A stretch of DNA of 43,245 nucleotides from a virus (lineage: Duplodnaviria > Caudoviricetes). The notes under the pieces were generated by a model. That model made no database searches, was not told the DNA's origin, and saw only the letters and a list, made by a program, of their open reading frames with translations. Location: IMG/VR virus record IMGVR_UViG_3300032247_000526, positions 1-43,245 of that record. One strand, given 5' to 3'. Numbering within the stretch: position 1 is the stretch's first letter; the number at the start of each line of letters is the position of its first letter. Shown here piece by piece: positions 12,201 to 21,800 of the stretch. The position numbers were made by a program, and so were the translations under genes.

Positions 12201-15200
12201 AGGAACAATTTGATCTGTAACTCCATCAATACCATTTTGTAAAATATTAATGATGTATTGGAAATCTCCTTTAACAGCGTTAACTGTTGCAGTTGATACC
12301 TTATACGTGCCTGTAATTTGGAATGGCTGTGCGTTATAATAATTATTAACATAGGCAATAGTTTCTGCCGCAATAAAATCTCTGTTAGCATGAACAATGG
12401 CTGCCGCATTTAACATAGTTGCAGTTGTAGTTATTGTCATTCCAATTGGAGATTTGACTGTAGATGTTGTTTGTCCATTAGTAATAATATTAGTAATGGT
12501 TGTTATAGAGCGTTGTAATTTTGTAGCCTCTGTAATAGTACCGGGTGTTAGATTTGTAACCTGTAGGACATCTTGTTGGTAAGTCGCGGTTGTTACACCT
12601 GTAACAATCCAAGGTAGTAAGTTGCTGATGTGGGCATACGCACCTAATGTTTGAACACTTTCATTTGGAATTACTGTATTGGTTGTTGTAAAGTTATAAT
12701 AGTAAACGCCACTTTGTACAGCCTGTTTGTTTCCACCATATAGTGTATCGAATGCAATACTATCAACAACAAATCCTATATCCCTTGAACAACTTGTTGT
12801 ACTATAGGTAAAGCCTGTGCCTGAACTGATAAAGTTGGTATAAGCAACACCTTCTGCTTGAATATATTCTCTGTTTGCTCTAATAATATTGTAAGCATTT
12901 ATAGCATCGGTTGCTGTGCTGGCTGTAATACCATTTGGTACAATAAGATCAGTAACTCCTGCTGTTCCGGTCTGTAATATATTCAAGAACACATCAAAGT
13001 CTGCCTTAACTGTAGCAGATGTAGAAGCCGCAGGCAGTGATACATTTTGAGTAGCACTAGTCTGATAACGTGTACCTGTACTATTAATAACAAGTTGTTG
13101 AACCAATCTACTTACATATTTGAATGCGTTAGTAGTTGTAGTTTGTTCTCCAGGAATAATTGAATTTGTGCTTGTACTTTGTGCCCAATATTGTAAACCA
13201 GCAAATACACTTTGGCTCGATGTAGTGAACAATAAATCTTGAACAATGGAATCAACAATCAGTCCTGTATCACGTTTGCATTTAATTGAATCATAGGCAA
13301 ATCCAGTAAAATATCTTGATCCAGTTGTTTTGTTAGTCAATACTTCTCCGACTAAACTTTGTAAATGTATTACAGCATTAGTTGTTGTGGTTAATTGACT
13401 TGCAATTGCTCCCACATAACCTTGTTGATTCCAGTATTGAATACCAGCAAATGTTGATTGACTAGATGTATTGAATAATAAATCTTGTGTTAGTGCATCG
13501 ATGATTAATCCAGTATCACGATTACATTTTACATGGTCATAAACAAATTGACTTGGCCAAATTTGATCAACATAGGCTACAGTTTCTGCTTGAATAAAGT
13601 TTTTGTTTTCTTCTAACAGTCTTCTTGCACTATTTTTTTCTTCTGTTATTGATACATACTGAGAAGGTCGTATAATATCTGGGCCAGAACCTGACCCGTT
13701 CTGAACAATTCCGGCAATTATATTAAATTTATCGGCTACAATACTTGCGGCCTTTGCGCCGTTTTGAAAATTAGTGTCAATAGTTTGTAAAACTGTAGAT
13801 TGATATGTTCCAGTTATATGTTGATTTGAAATAATTTGTAGTGCAATGTCTCTAGCATATAATATTGCTTCACTAGTTGTTGTTACCTCTCCAGGAACTA
13901 AAACTGCTTTAGTCGTTATGTTAGATCCCAAACTAGTATCAACAACACTCGATAATACATTGTAATAAGCATTACCACAAAAATATAAATTTAAAAAATT
14001 AAGATTGGTTGTATCTCCACCGCCATTCAATATTGGTCTATCTAAGGTAATACTTCTATAGTTTACATCAACTACTCGTGTTCCAGTTGACACGTAAGTT
14101 CCTCCACTGTCGGGGCCGTCGTTTCCGTATATATCTTTGATGTAAATTGTATGGCCAACAGCGATATCAGTTATATCAATTCCGTTGATAGTATAACTTC
14201 CTGTATTAACTGTACTAGTGTTGGAACTAGCAACTAGATATCCAGGATACCCTGCGGCATTAATATATGGCACACGATTACCGCCGTAGTCTAAATAAGT
14301 GTCAGGCGGAACTACTTCCATACATAATCCAATGTGTGGTCTATTCAAACTATCAGGGATAAAAACTTCCATCTGTTGAGAATTTGGCCAGTAGCCAATT
14401 GGATAGTATTCGCTATTAGGTATATTAGTCGGGAATGGCGGATTCCAAATAATGCCAGCAAAACTTAACTGACCAATACCTTTAGCAACCAAACATTGGT
14501 CGCCAAAGTTTGCGTTGGAGTTAGTAATAGAAGCGATACCGCCGTTCTCAACTAGTACAGATGTAGAACAGAAGATTGTAAACACAGATACTAACTGTGC
14601 ATAGCCGTTGTTAATAATATGAACGCCGATACCGCCCTGATTCAATTGTGTGAACGCATCAAAAACAAATGATTGAATAGGTGAACGTAATGAAGGAGCA
14701 TTACCGTCAACTAATGCACCGCCACCTGACCCATTAGGGTCTAATCTACGATCGGTAAAAATTCCATCATATTGATCAACAGTCCATAAAGCAGGTATTT
14801 GATCATCTAAAAATGGATAAACACTTGTGCTACCAAAATATACAGTAGCATTATCACTGGCCGCAATTGTAGGATTGTTTAATGTAACTGCATAACAACC
14901 AGTTGATAGTTCTGTGACTGCGGTAACTTGGCTAGCAGTATTAATAGCATCAGCACTCAACCCGCTAGGAACAATTAAGGCATAGATATCGTCTACTACC
15001 GCAGGAGCAGTTGTAGGACCACCATTGATAATAGTTGTAATAATTCCAAAATCTTCTGTTAGACGGGTCTGAACTACTGCTCCTTTATCTTTAGAAAGAT
15101 CTATAGTTTGAGATACTGTAGTTTGATATGTGGTAGTGAGTGCAGTATTTGAAACAATTTGTGATGCAATTGAAGCCAAGTAATTAATAGCACCAACCGT

Positions 15201-18200
15201 TTCAACTTGTTGGCCGGTAATTAAACTATTAGTACCAGACCAATAACTTAATCCAGCAATAATACTACGTTTGTTTCCGCCAAATCGAGCATCACCTGCT
15301 ACAGCATCAATAATTAATCCTGTATCTCTAAAACATAAAGGTTGATTGTAAACAAAATAATTGTTCCCAATGTAGGCAATAACTTCTGCTTGAATAAAAG
15401 CACGGTTGGCTTCTAAGATTGTTGCCGCATTTTTAACATATGAATTGCTACTTGGAAGCAAAGGCAAAGGACTTAAATTTTGTGCAACTCCTGGACCATT
15501 ATTAATAATATTTGTAATAGTAGACACAATTAACTGTGCTTGGGTTCCTTGAGCAGTCTGACCACCAACTAAATTAGTCACTTGTATAACTTTAGTTTGT
15601 TGTGGAGTAATAGTTTGCCCTGTAACAATAGAAGGTAATATGCTACTGATGTAATTGTAAGCCGCAGTTACTTGAGGAATTTCATTTGGTACTGCTGTTG
15701 AAGTAGTATACCCATAATATGCTACACCACTTTGAATTGCTTGACGATTACCGCCGTATAGCAAATCAATAGAAACGCTGTCAATCATGTATCCTAAATC
15801 TCTATAACAAGTTTCTTTGCTATAATCAAATAACGGGGGATATTTACTGTTAATATAGGCAATAATTTCTGATTGAATAAAACTTCTATTGGCTGTTAAT
15901 AGTTTTGCAGATTCGTAATTATTAACATTGGTACTTGAAGTTAAACTAATAGGAGTCTTGTCAGAAGCAACAGACGGACCGTTTTTAATAATATTTGTAA
16001 TAGTGCTTACAATACTATAAATTTTTGCAGATTCAGTAAATGTTGCTGTGTATGTAGCAAATACTTGTGTAACAGTTGACTGATAAGAAGTAACCGGAAC
16101 ATTTTGAATAATACTCTGCGCAAGATTTGTTAGGTGTTGATATGCATCAAGTGTAGCAGGCATCTCATTGGCCAACACTGTAGAAGTATTGTATCCGTAA
16201 TAGTACACACCAGACTGAACTGCTTGCTTATTACCCCCATGTAACAAATCAAAACAAATACTATCTAATACATAGCCTACATCTCGAAAACAAGTTTCTT
16301 TATTGTAAGTGAAGTGTGTTGAACTACTTACAGCATCAATATAAGCAATTGCTTCTCGTTGGATGTAGTCTTTATTAATTTGAATTAGATTATAAGCACG
16401 AACTGTGCTCGTTGATACACTTGCATCAATTCCATTTGGTACAATAAGATCAGATACACCAGTAGTGCCGCTGGTCAAAATATTAATAAATGTATCAAAA
16501 TCAGTTTTAACTTTTCCCGATTCCACTACAGTAGCCGTAGGCAGAGCAGTAACTTGACTAGACGTTGTTTGATAACGTGTACCTGTTGTAATGTTTCTAA
16601 CAATTAGTTGTGTTAGACTGCTTACATATCTAAACGCATTAGTAGTTGTATTAAATTCTCCAGGAAGAATTGCATTTGTAGTAGTTGACTGGCTCCAATA
16701 TTGTAGTCCAGCAAATGTACTTTGACTATTTCCTTCGGTAGGATATAATAAATCTAATGCAATACTATCCACAATTAACCCGGTGTCACGGCCGCAATTT
16801 TGTTGGTTATAATAAAATCCAGAACGTAGAGTTTCAATGTATGCTAAAGTTTCATTACGAATAAATTCTTTGTTAAGTTGTAATGCATTATAAGCATTTA
16901 CAATATTAGTTGCTGAACTAGCAACAATACCATTAGGGACTATAGTATCAGTTACTCCTACAGTTCCTCTATCAAGAATGTTGACAATAACATTAAAATC
17001 ATCACTAACTGTTTTTGCCTCTACGCTTGTACCAAACAAGGTTGCTGTTATTTGTGTAACAGTATTTTGATATCTAGTTCCTGTTGTGCCTGTGATAACT
17101 TGTGCGGCTAATTTTCCAGCATACTGAATTGCTTGAGTAGTTGTATTAATTTCTCCAGGAATGGTAGCAGAAGTATCTCCTCCCTGATTCCAATATTGTA
17201 ATCCAGCAAAATTTGATTGGCTATATCCACCAAATAATAAATCTTGTGCAATAGCATCAACAATTAATCCTGTGTCGCGTTTACAAGTATTTTCGTTATA
17301 ATAAAATCCATTGTATGTAGTGTTTACATAGGCAACAACTTCACTTTGTAAAAAAGTTCTGTTTGCTTGTAATAGTAGTTGTGCATTACGATATCCTTCG
17401 TTTGCCGCATCATTAATACTCATGCCAACTTCAATTGTACCAGTAGATATATAAACTGTAATTGTACTTTGTCCTGCTACCCATGTACTTGTTCCGGCAG
17501 CATCTGGAATTTGCACTGTTTGATTGGGAATAAACATTGTACCGTCATATAGCCAAGGACCTGATTGATTTGTACAGTTCTGAATATATGGTGAATGATA
17601 TACATCAATTGGATTTTCTAAATTTGGAGGAAATGCTGTGGCATAAGCACCTGTAGTGTATGTTCCTGCACCGCCCGGAGCATAACGTTCGACAGAACCT
17701 CTACGCAAATTAAGCATGGCCATTTGCGCAATGTATACACCAGAATTAACATGAAATAAATCTAAATCTTTGTTTAGTGGTTCAACAAATGTTGTACGTA
17801 AGTCGTTACCAATAACAGAAGTATTTGGTAGAAGTACCAATGGGTTTTCTTCAAAGTAATGGCCAGCCGCTACACGTATAGTCGTACCTTCTTGATAGTA
17901 GGGACTACGGATAGCACCGGCAATAGTACGGCAAGCACGAGATGCATCTTGAGCACGACCATCATTTGTATCGTCTCCGTCCATTGTAACGTATAAAGTA
18001 TTTTTAACATATGGTGCCGTACCTAAAGGATTTTCGCCTAATACCCTAATTTTACCGTTAATTGTTGTATCACCAGTTACAGATAGTTTACCATCAACGG
18101 TAACTGTGGTACTAGGTTTAAATTTTATTTCACTCTTACCTAGACCGTCAATAGTAATGTCAGTGCCAGTTCCGGCTGGAGTTATCTTTTGATCTTTAAA

Positions 18201-18392
18201 ATTTAATCTGCCCAATTCACTGCTAAACTGTGTAACACCTTTAATGTCTTGTTTTAGGGTATATCCGTCGTCTGTAGATGGTGCTTGCCCTAAGTTGGGC
18301 ATTGCTTGCTCAAGCCCAAGCCATGTCCACCTATCTGGGGTCATTTGAGCAAATGATTTTAATTTTTTTCTTTGACTTACTAGACGACTCAT
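6210..18392 (-). CDS. Giant virion structural protein: split beta-helix scaffold carrying 20 CxRD helical repeats (phycobiliprotein/globin-like)
   Basis: 4060 aa uninterrupted ORF. Beta-helix start LYVTMDGDDTNDGR; 20 CxRD(T/V/L/I/M)G motifs at mostly 160-170 aa spacing; C-terminus nearly identical to that of the 2197 aa paralogue. Confidence 0.85.
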   Translation of the reverse strand: MSRLVSQRKKLKSFAQMTPDRWTWLGLEQAMPNLGQAPSTDDGYTLKQDIKGVTQFSSELGRLNFKDQKITPAGTGTDITIDGLGKSEIKFKPSTTVTVDGKLSVTGDTTINGKIRVLGENPLGTAPYVKNTLYVTMDGDDTNDGRAQDASRACRTIAGAIRSPYYQEGTTIRVAAGHYFEENPLVLLPNTSVIGNDLRTTFVEPLNKDLDLFHVNSGVYIAQMAMLNLRRGSVERYAPGGAGTYTTGAYATAFPPNLENPIDVYHSPYIQNCTNQSGPWLYDGTMFIPNQTVQIPDAAGTSTWVAGQSTITVYISTGTIEVGMSINDAANEGYRNAQLLLQANRTFLQSEVVAYVNTTYNGFYYNENTCKRDTGLIVDAIAQDLLFGGYSQSNFAGLQYWNQGGDTSATIPGEINTTTQAIQYAGKLAAQVITGTTGTRYQNTVTQITATLFGTSVEAKTVSDDFNVIVNILDRGTVGVTDTIVPNGIVASSATNIVNAYNALQLNKEFIRNETLAYIETLRSGFYYNQQNCGRDTGLIVDSIALDLLYPTEGNSQSTFAGLQYWSQSTTTNAILPGEFNTTTNAFRYVSSLTQLIVRNITTGTRYQTTSSQVTALPTATVVESGKVKTDFDTFINILTSGTTGVSDLIVPNGIDASVSTSTVRAYNLIQINKDYIQREAIAYIDAVSSSTHFTYNKETCFRDVGYVLDSICFDLLHGGNKQAVQSGVYYYGYNTSTVLANEMPATLDAYQHLTNLAQSIIQNVPVTSYQSTVTQVFATYTATFTESAKIYSIVSTITNIIKNGPSVASDKTPISLTSSTNVNNYESAKLLTANRSFIQSEIIAYINSKYPPLFDYSKETCYRDLGYMIDSVSIDLLYGGNRQAIQSGVAYYGYTTSTAVPNEIPQVTAAYNYISSILPSIVTGQTITPQQTKVIQVTNLVGGQTAQGTQAQLIVSTITNIINNGPGVAQNLSPLPLLPSSNSYVKNAATILEANRAFIQAEVIAYIGNNYFVYNQPLCFRDTGLIIDAVAGDARFGGNKRSIIAGLSYWSGTNSLITGQQVETVGAINYLASIASQIVSNTALTTTYQTTVSQTIDLSKDKGAVVQTRLTEDFGIITTIINGGPTTAPAVVDDIYALIVPSGLSADAINTASQVTAVTELSTGCYAVTLNNPTIAASDNATVYFGSTSVYPFLDDQIPALWTVDQYDGIFTDRRLDPNGSGGGALVDGNAPSLRSPIQSFVFDAFTQLNQGGIGVHIINNGYAQLVSVFTIFCSTSVLVENGGIASITNSNANFGDQCLVAKGIGQLSFAGIIWNPPFPTNIPNSEYYPIGYWPNSQQMEVFIPDSLNRPHIGLCMEVVPPDTYLDYGGNRVPYINAAGYPGYLVASSNTSTVNTGSYTINGIDITDIAVGHTIYIKDIYGNDGPDSGGTYVSTGTRVVDVNYRSITLDRPILNGGGDTTNLNFLNLYFCGNAYYNVLSSVVDTSLGSNITTKAVLVPGEVTTTSEAILYARDIALQIISNQHITGTYQSTVLQTIDTNFQNGAKAASIVADKFNIIAGIVQNGSGSGPDIIRPSQYVSITEEKNSARRLLEENKNFIQAETVAYVDQIWPSQFVYDHVKCNRDTGLIIDALTQDLLFNTSSQSTFAGIQYWNQQGYVGAIASQLTTTTNAVIHLQSLVGEVLTNKTTGSRYFTGFAYDSIKCKRDTGLIVDSIVQDLLFTTSSQSVFAGLQYWAQSTSTNSIIPGEQTTTTNAFKYVSRLVQQLVINSTGTRYQTSATQNVSLPAASTSATVKADFDVFLNILQTGTAGVTDLIVPNGITASTATDAINAYNIIRANREYIQAEGVAYTNFISSGTGFTYSTTSCSRDIGFVVDSIAFDTLYGGNKQAVQSGVYYYNFTTTNTVIPNESVQTLGAYAHISNLLPWIVTGVTTATYQQDVLQVTNLTPGTITEATKLQRSITTITNIITNGQTTSTVKSPIGMTITTTATMLNAAAIVHANRDFIAAETIAYVNNYYNAQPFQITGTYKVSTATVNAVKGDFQYIINILQNGIDGVTDQIVPNSITSSTKIDIVQAYNKIQQNREFLQREVVAYINSTSNFSYNQDNCFRDTGLIVDAIAFDMMYPSVGNSQSTFAGLQYWNQAADTSGTIPGELTTTTSAVIYLSSLAQQVVVNNTGTRYQNTTTQNVSLTKATSLDASAVGADFGVIINILQNGTAGITDTIVPNGKPTNTTSTNNAYTILQANREFMIEETLAYINYISSSTFVYNRDICARDLGYMIDSVSFDLIHGGNRQAVQSGVYYYSYINTSSVITYESLQVNDAYARLSDVVSTILLGNTVQKSSGNTATQVTYLLPASNNEVALASRYVSTITSIINKGPTIASPAVPIGLKPSSKASVNNAFNLLLANRSFIQNEVLAYINDKYTGFTYNQDKCFRDVGYMLDSVSFDTLYGGNRQAIQSGVYYYYYTTSTAIPNEIPQTTAAYNYIKDLVQPIILGQTITSPQQTLVPQVTSLSYTYDSDKCFRDTGLLVDSFAIDLEFPINGYTQSNFAGIQYWNQSTSTVGTIPGELTTTTKAIQYLSDLAQQVVVNSTGTVKRFITTATQITTGTTATYVQLYAVKNDFQYILNILNSGTSGVTDLIVPNGLTAVSTDATRAYNILQANKTYLQQQTLSYVSSIATGGFTFDTDKCYRDVGYMVDSVSFDILHGGNRQAIQSGVYYYSYTTSTAIPYQSAQTIAAYERLRDIVPQIVQNQTVTTSPNNTATQVTTLTSATVFEASQVQSMVDLIVNIINNGPTVANTATSIGLTATSTATVLNAAKILEANRDFIQNEVVNYINYVYLIGSQTDVTYVNNSIDRITNIIDVGPTVADPGTPIPLTESNTTSTQNAATLLNANRAFIQAEVISYINNIFNTGFSYDKTKCNRDTGLIVDSIAMDILHGGTTQSAFSGLQYWNQDGYVNTIANEITTTTNAFRYLSEVIQNVVQSNPVTVSPGNTLTQSLFLPTGITATVAQVAADFDVILDILATGTNGVTDMIVPNSVTASTTASNIYAFNILQANRAYLQQEAVAYVDYAANPSYVFDQNKCSRDTGLIVDAIVQDMLFNTSSQMTFAGLQYWNQGDYTGAIASEITTTTQAINYVSSLMQLVVQGISTGTRYQSTVSQITNVPHGAATDASAVLADFNIITNILSSGTAGVTDLIVPNGITSSTNATTKNAYGIIQANKQYIQTEAVAYVNHITSSTGFVYDQAKCYRDVGFMVDSVSIDLLYDGNRQAVQSGVYYYTFSDTASAIPGEQVKTTIAYDYIKTMLPYIVQGQAMPVTYQNTYTQTISASTGTTTEVTLAQSKIDLATEIINFGPDIVTVKSPLGVTTSTNANIVKAANLIHANRTFIQAEVVAYISQTTSTFTYNRDTCARDVGYMVDSVCVDILYGGNRQAVQSGAYYYGYNSASTAIPGESTQTLAAYAYLRSIVPKVIENIPVNSGYQLVHPQILNTGSIGTSVEAAIAQSNLDVITNIIANGPSAAPAKTSIGTTASTATNVINAVQLLELNRSYFEAEMTGYIGSTYPGFSYSQAKCQRDTGLIVDAIAQDLLFGGTSQSTFAGLQYWNQNSDTTATIPGELTTTTAAIGYVRSLAQQIILSDTSGPRYSTGTQITTPYMGMASAATTLASNMNVVLNILENGTGGVTDIIVPNSNTTTDTDTLNAYSILETNKDFIKNEVIARITTDNPGWNFDHTTCMRDVGFVIDCVGFDLTHTGNRQSVQAGVYYYGFGYTTAIPDEIPQTTAAYNYLREIVPNIITGQPVTSVYQFKIKQITDMPVGTAAEVAIVQANINTITNIIVNGPNVAPAAIPISYTESTNTNVINTYNILEANRAFIQAEITSYIDWTYGGQPNYDKNKCYRDMGSIIDSVIFDTVNGGNYKSVNTGEGYFSRKGQYHIVTLEQNITDPTLFIDGATVNFFQQSYISASGYLFEYVGAGTQYGALPQVGKADPVQSKETIQLNNGKVFFTSTDQNGDFRIGPTLVISQATGVLSGRTFQKSLYAEMTPFVLVIGGA
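6600..17400 (-). repeat. Intragenic degenerate tandem repeat (about 480-510 bp unit) in two arrays of 5 and 15 units
   Basis: Recurrent NAxxLLxANRxFIQxE..AY / CxRDxG..D...D...GG / QY(W/Y) blocks; Cys codons at, for example, 17283, 13524, 11082, 10314, 8142 and 6681. Confidence 0.9.
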
Positions 18393-18407
18393 GTGTTTCT
18401 CAAGTTA

Positions 18408-18791
18408 TTAAGCGTTGGCTGTTTCTAGAATACTTAGGATTAGTTTGCATGTACCAGTTGAATCTGCATATGCTCTAATGCTGTCCTGACTTTCTAAGAT
18501 CATCTTACCTGTGATTAAAGAAGCAGAATCATTAGGCGGTATATCATACCCTGCCACTAATTCTGTGTTTATATTTGGGTCTTGTGCATTGTTACCCTGT
18601 GCATCTGGAAGAACTCTAAATCTTCTGTAATGACTAAAAGTTACCGTATGGTCAATCGTGTCAGTATTTGCCACCTGTGCCATCAGAACAATTGCCGTTA
18701 CACCAATTGGGGCAACATACACGCTGGCCGTTGTATTTGTATCTAAAATTTTTGTCTTTGTCTTAAACGTGTTTAATGGAATTAATGCCAT
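18408..18791 (-). CDS. Small beta-rich structural/partner protein between the two giant paralogues
   Basis: 127 aa with AAGGAG RBS; KMILESQDSIRAYA resembles KFILANGDSVQAQA of 27032-27346. Confidence 0.8.
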   Translation of the reverse strand: MALIPLNTFKTKTKILDTNTTASVYVAPIGVTAIVLMAQVANTDTIDHTVTFSHYRRFRVLPDAQGNNAQDPNINTELVAGYDIPPNDSASLITGKMILESQDSIRAYADSTGTCKLILSILETANA

Positions 18792-18807
18792 TTATATCTC
18801 CTTAATT

Positions 18808-21800
18808 TTAAAAGCCACCCTCGCCAACAACCAAGATGAACGGTGTCATCTGGGCAAACAAACTCTTTGTGAATGTTCGACCGCTTAACACACCTGTCGC
18901 TTGACTGACTACCAATCCTGGGCCAATTCGGAAATCACCGTTCTGGTCAGTAGAAGTAAAGAATACCTTACCATTATTTAACTGAACTGTTTCCTTGGAC
19001 TGATTTGGATCAACTCTACCAACTTGTGGTAACGCACCGTAATTGGTACCAGCCCCAACATACTCAAATACATACCCAGATGCACTCATATATGAACGCT
19101 GATAGAAGTTCACAGTTATACCGTCAACAAATAGTAATGGATCTCTTACTTGATCTTCTAAACTAACAATATGGTATGTACCGTCTTTAGTGTAATAAGT
19201 AACAGCGGCTTCAACAGCACGGCTATTGCCTCCTGTACTTAAATCGTAAACTAGTGCATCTATTATTAGTCCAACATCTCGACGACATTTTTGTCTATTA
19301 TATGTGAATCCACTGTAAGTTTTGTTGATATATGCAATGGTTTCTGTCTGAATATATGCTCTATTTGCCTGAATTAAATTATAAGCGTTAACGACATTAG
19401 AATCACTACTAGGTGTTAGTGGGCAAGGAACTCGTTGGGAATCAGGAACATTTCCCGGACCATTGTTAATAATACCAGTCATTACATCAACAATACTTTG
19501 AGCCACAGTTGTTTGGGCATCAAGGCCTGGAGATAAATTGGTAACTTGTGTTACAGTATTTTGATAACTGGGACTTGTTGGTGAGCCTGTGATAATCTGC
19601 CCAATAATACCTTTGATAAAATTATAAGCCGCGGTAGTTTGTGGAATTTCATTTGGAATAGATGTATTTCCAGTGAATCCATAATAGTAAGCACCTGCTT
19701 GAGTAGACTGTCTATTGCCGCCATGGAGGACATCAAATGCTACACTGTCTAAAATATAATGCAAATCTTTCCTGCATCTAGTTTGATCATAAACAAATCC
19801 AGGATTATTATTATTGATCCAAGTTAATGTTGAAGTAATAATTGAACTGGTATTTGATAACAATGTATTGTAACCGTTAATAATTTGAGGATCAGTACTT
19901 GCAGATCCATTTGGCACAATATTATCAGTTAAATTTCTTACTCCGTTATTAAGAATATTCAATATTGTTGTAAACGCAGAACTTACTAGACCAGATGTTC
20001 CGCCGTATCCAGATGTAATACTAATAGCCGTATCTCTAGTGTGTTCTATTGCTGAAGTTGTTGTTGTAAACTCTCCCGGAATAACAGAATTGGTGTTTGT
20101 ATTTTGTGACCAATATTGTAAACCTGCAAAAGTTGATTGGCTTGTGCCACCAAATAATAAATCTTGAGAAATAGCATCAACAATTAGTCCAGTATCTCTA
20201 TAACATTTTGCTGAATTATAAGTGAAATTAGGATATATTTTATCTACATATGCTACAGTTTCATTCTGTATGAATATTTTATTTTCAGTTAACAATTGTA
20301 TTGCATCTGCATTGCCTAAAGATTTTACACCAGATGCTGTAGATGCAGGAGCATTTTGAGGACCTTTTAAAATTACTCCTGTAATAATATCTAATTCGTT
20401 GGCAATAAATCCAACAGATCCTGATCCACTTGGATAAGCACCATCAATTATTTGTAGTACAGTTGATGTATTATATGTTGTTGTAAGTTGTGTATTGCTA
20501 ATAACAGATTGACACACACTACTCATGTAGTTGATAGCATCTATTGTTTCAGTTTCTTGACCTTTAATTTTACTTTGGCCAGTAGGATAAGGACTATTAG
20601 CAGTGTAACTTGTTAGTACACTATAGTAAGCATTACCGCAAGTATATATGTTAAAATAATTTAAATTACCTTCTTGGTATCCTGTTGCTGTGATAGGACT
20701 GCTAAGTGAAATAGTCTGATAGGTAATAGTTGTAATATAGGTACCTGTTGCCAAGTAAGGAGTTCCGGTACCATTTTGATCAGCAGTATACCCGTATTGA
20801 TCTTTAATATAAACACGTTGTCCAACTGCCATGTCAGTTGTATCAATGCCGCTTATTTCATATGTTCCGACAAATAAGGTTGCTGTATTACTTGCGGCAG
20901 TTAAAAATCCAGGGTAACCTTGAGAATTACGATAAGGAACAGTATTTCCATCATAGTCTACATACTCGTCCGGAGGAATAACTTCCATTACTAAACTAAT
21001 ATGTGGTCTGTTATCGGCGCTTGGTACAAATACACATACATTGGCATTATTAGGGAAGTAACCTTGAGGATAATAAACATTTGGTTCAAAACTATTTGTT
21101 AACTGATTATACTCATAATTGGCAGGATTATATATAGTTCCGCCAAACTCTCGTGGCCCAAATCCTTCTGCCAATAAACAGATATCGCCAAAGTTAGCAT
21201 TACTGTTAACAATAGAAGCAATACCACCACTCTCTACGTGTACACCAATATCAGAAAATACTGTAAACACAGAAACTAACTGTGCATATCCTTTATTAAT
21301 AATATGTACACCTGGTCCGCCTTGTGTTAGTTGTGTAAATGCATCAAACACAAAAGATTGGACAGGTGAGCGTAATGAAGGTGCATTGCCGTCAACTAGG
21401 GCGCCGCCTCCACTACCGTGAGGATCAATACGCCTATCTGCTTCTCCATTATTACCCCAAGTACTTGGAATATTTTTATCTTCCACGGGATATACAGTTA
21501 CATTACCAATATATAAAGTATCATTTGTGATCGTAGAAATTGTTGAGGTACTTATTGTAATCAATAATTGAGTCACTGTTGAATATGTTGCCGGAGGAGC
21601 ATATTCTGGACCGTCTTGAATAATTGTAGTAATAGCATCAAAATTTCTTGATATTAAATCGGCGGCTATGTAACCACCACCTAACTGTGAATTAATTGTT
21701 TGGGTAACAATTGTAGCAGAAGTTCCTGTTTGGAATGATTGTATAATTGGTTCATTTGCAATAACTCTTAGAGCAACTTCTTTAGCAAACTGAATTGCCC

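Noticed and set aside
6600-17400. CxRD as a heme c (CxxCH) or metal-binding motif
   Set aside because: Most repeats have a single Cys and no conserved His.
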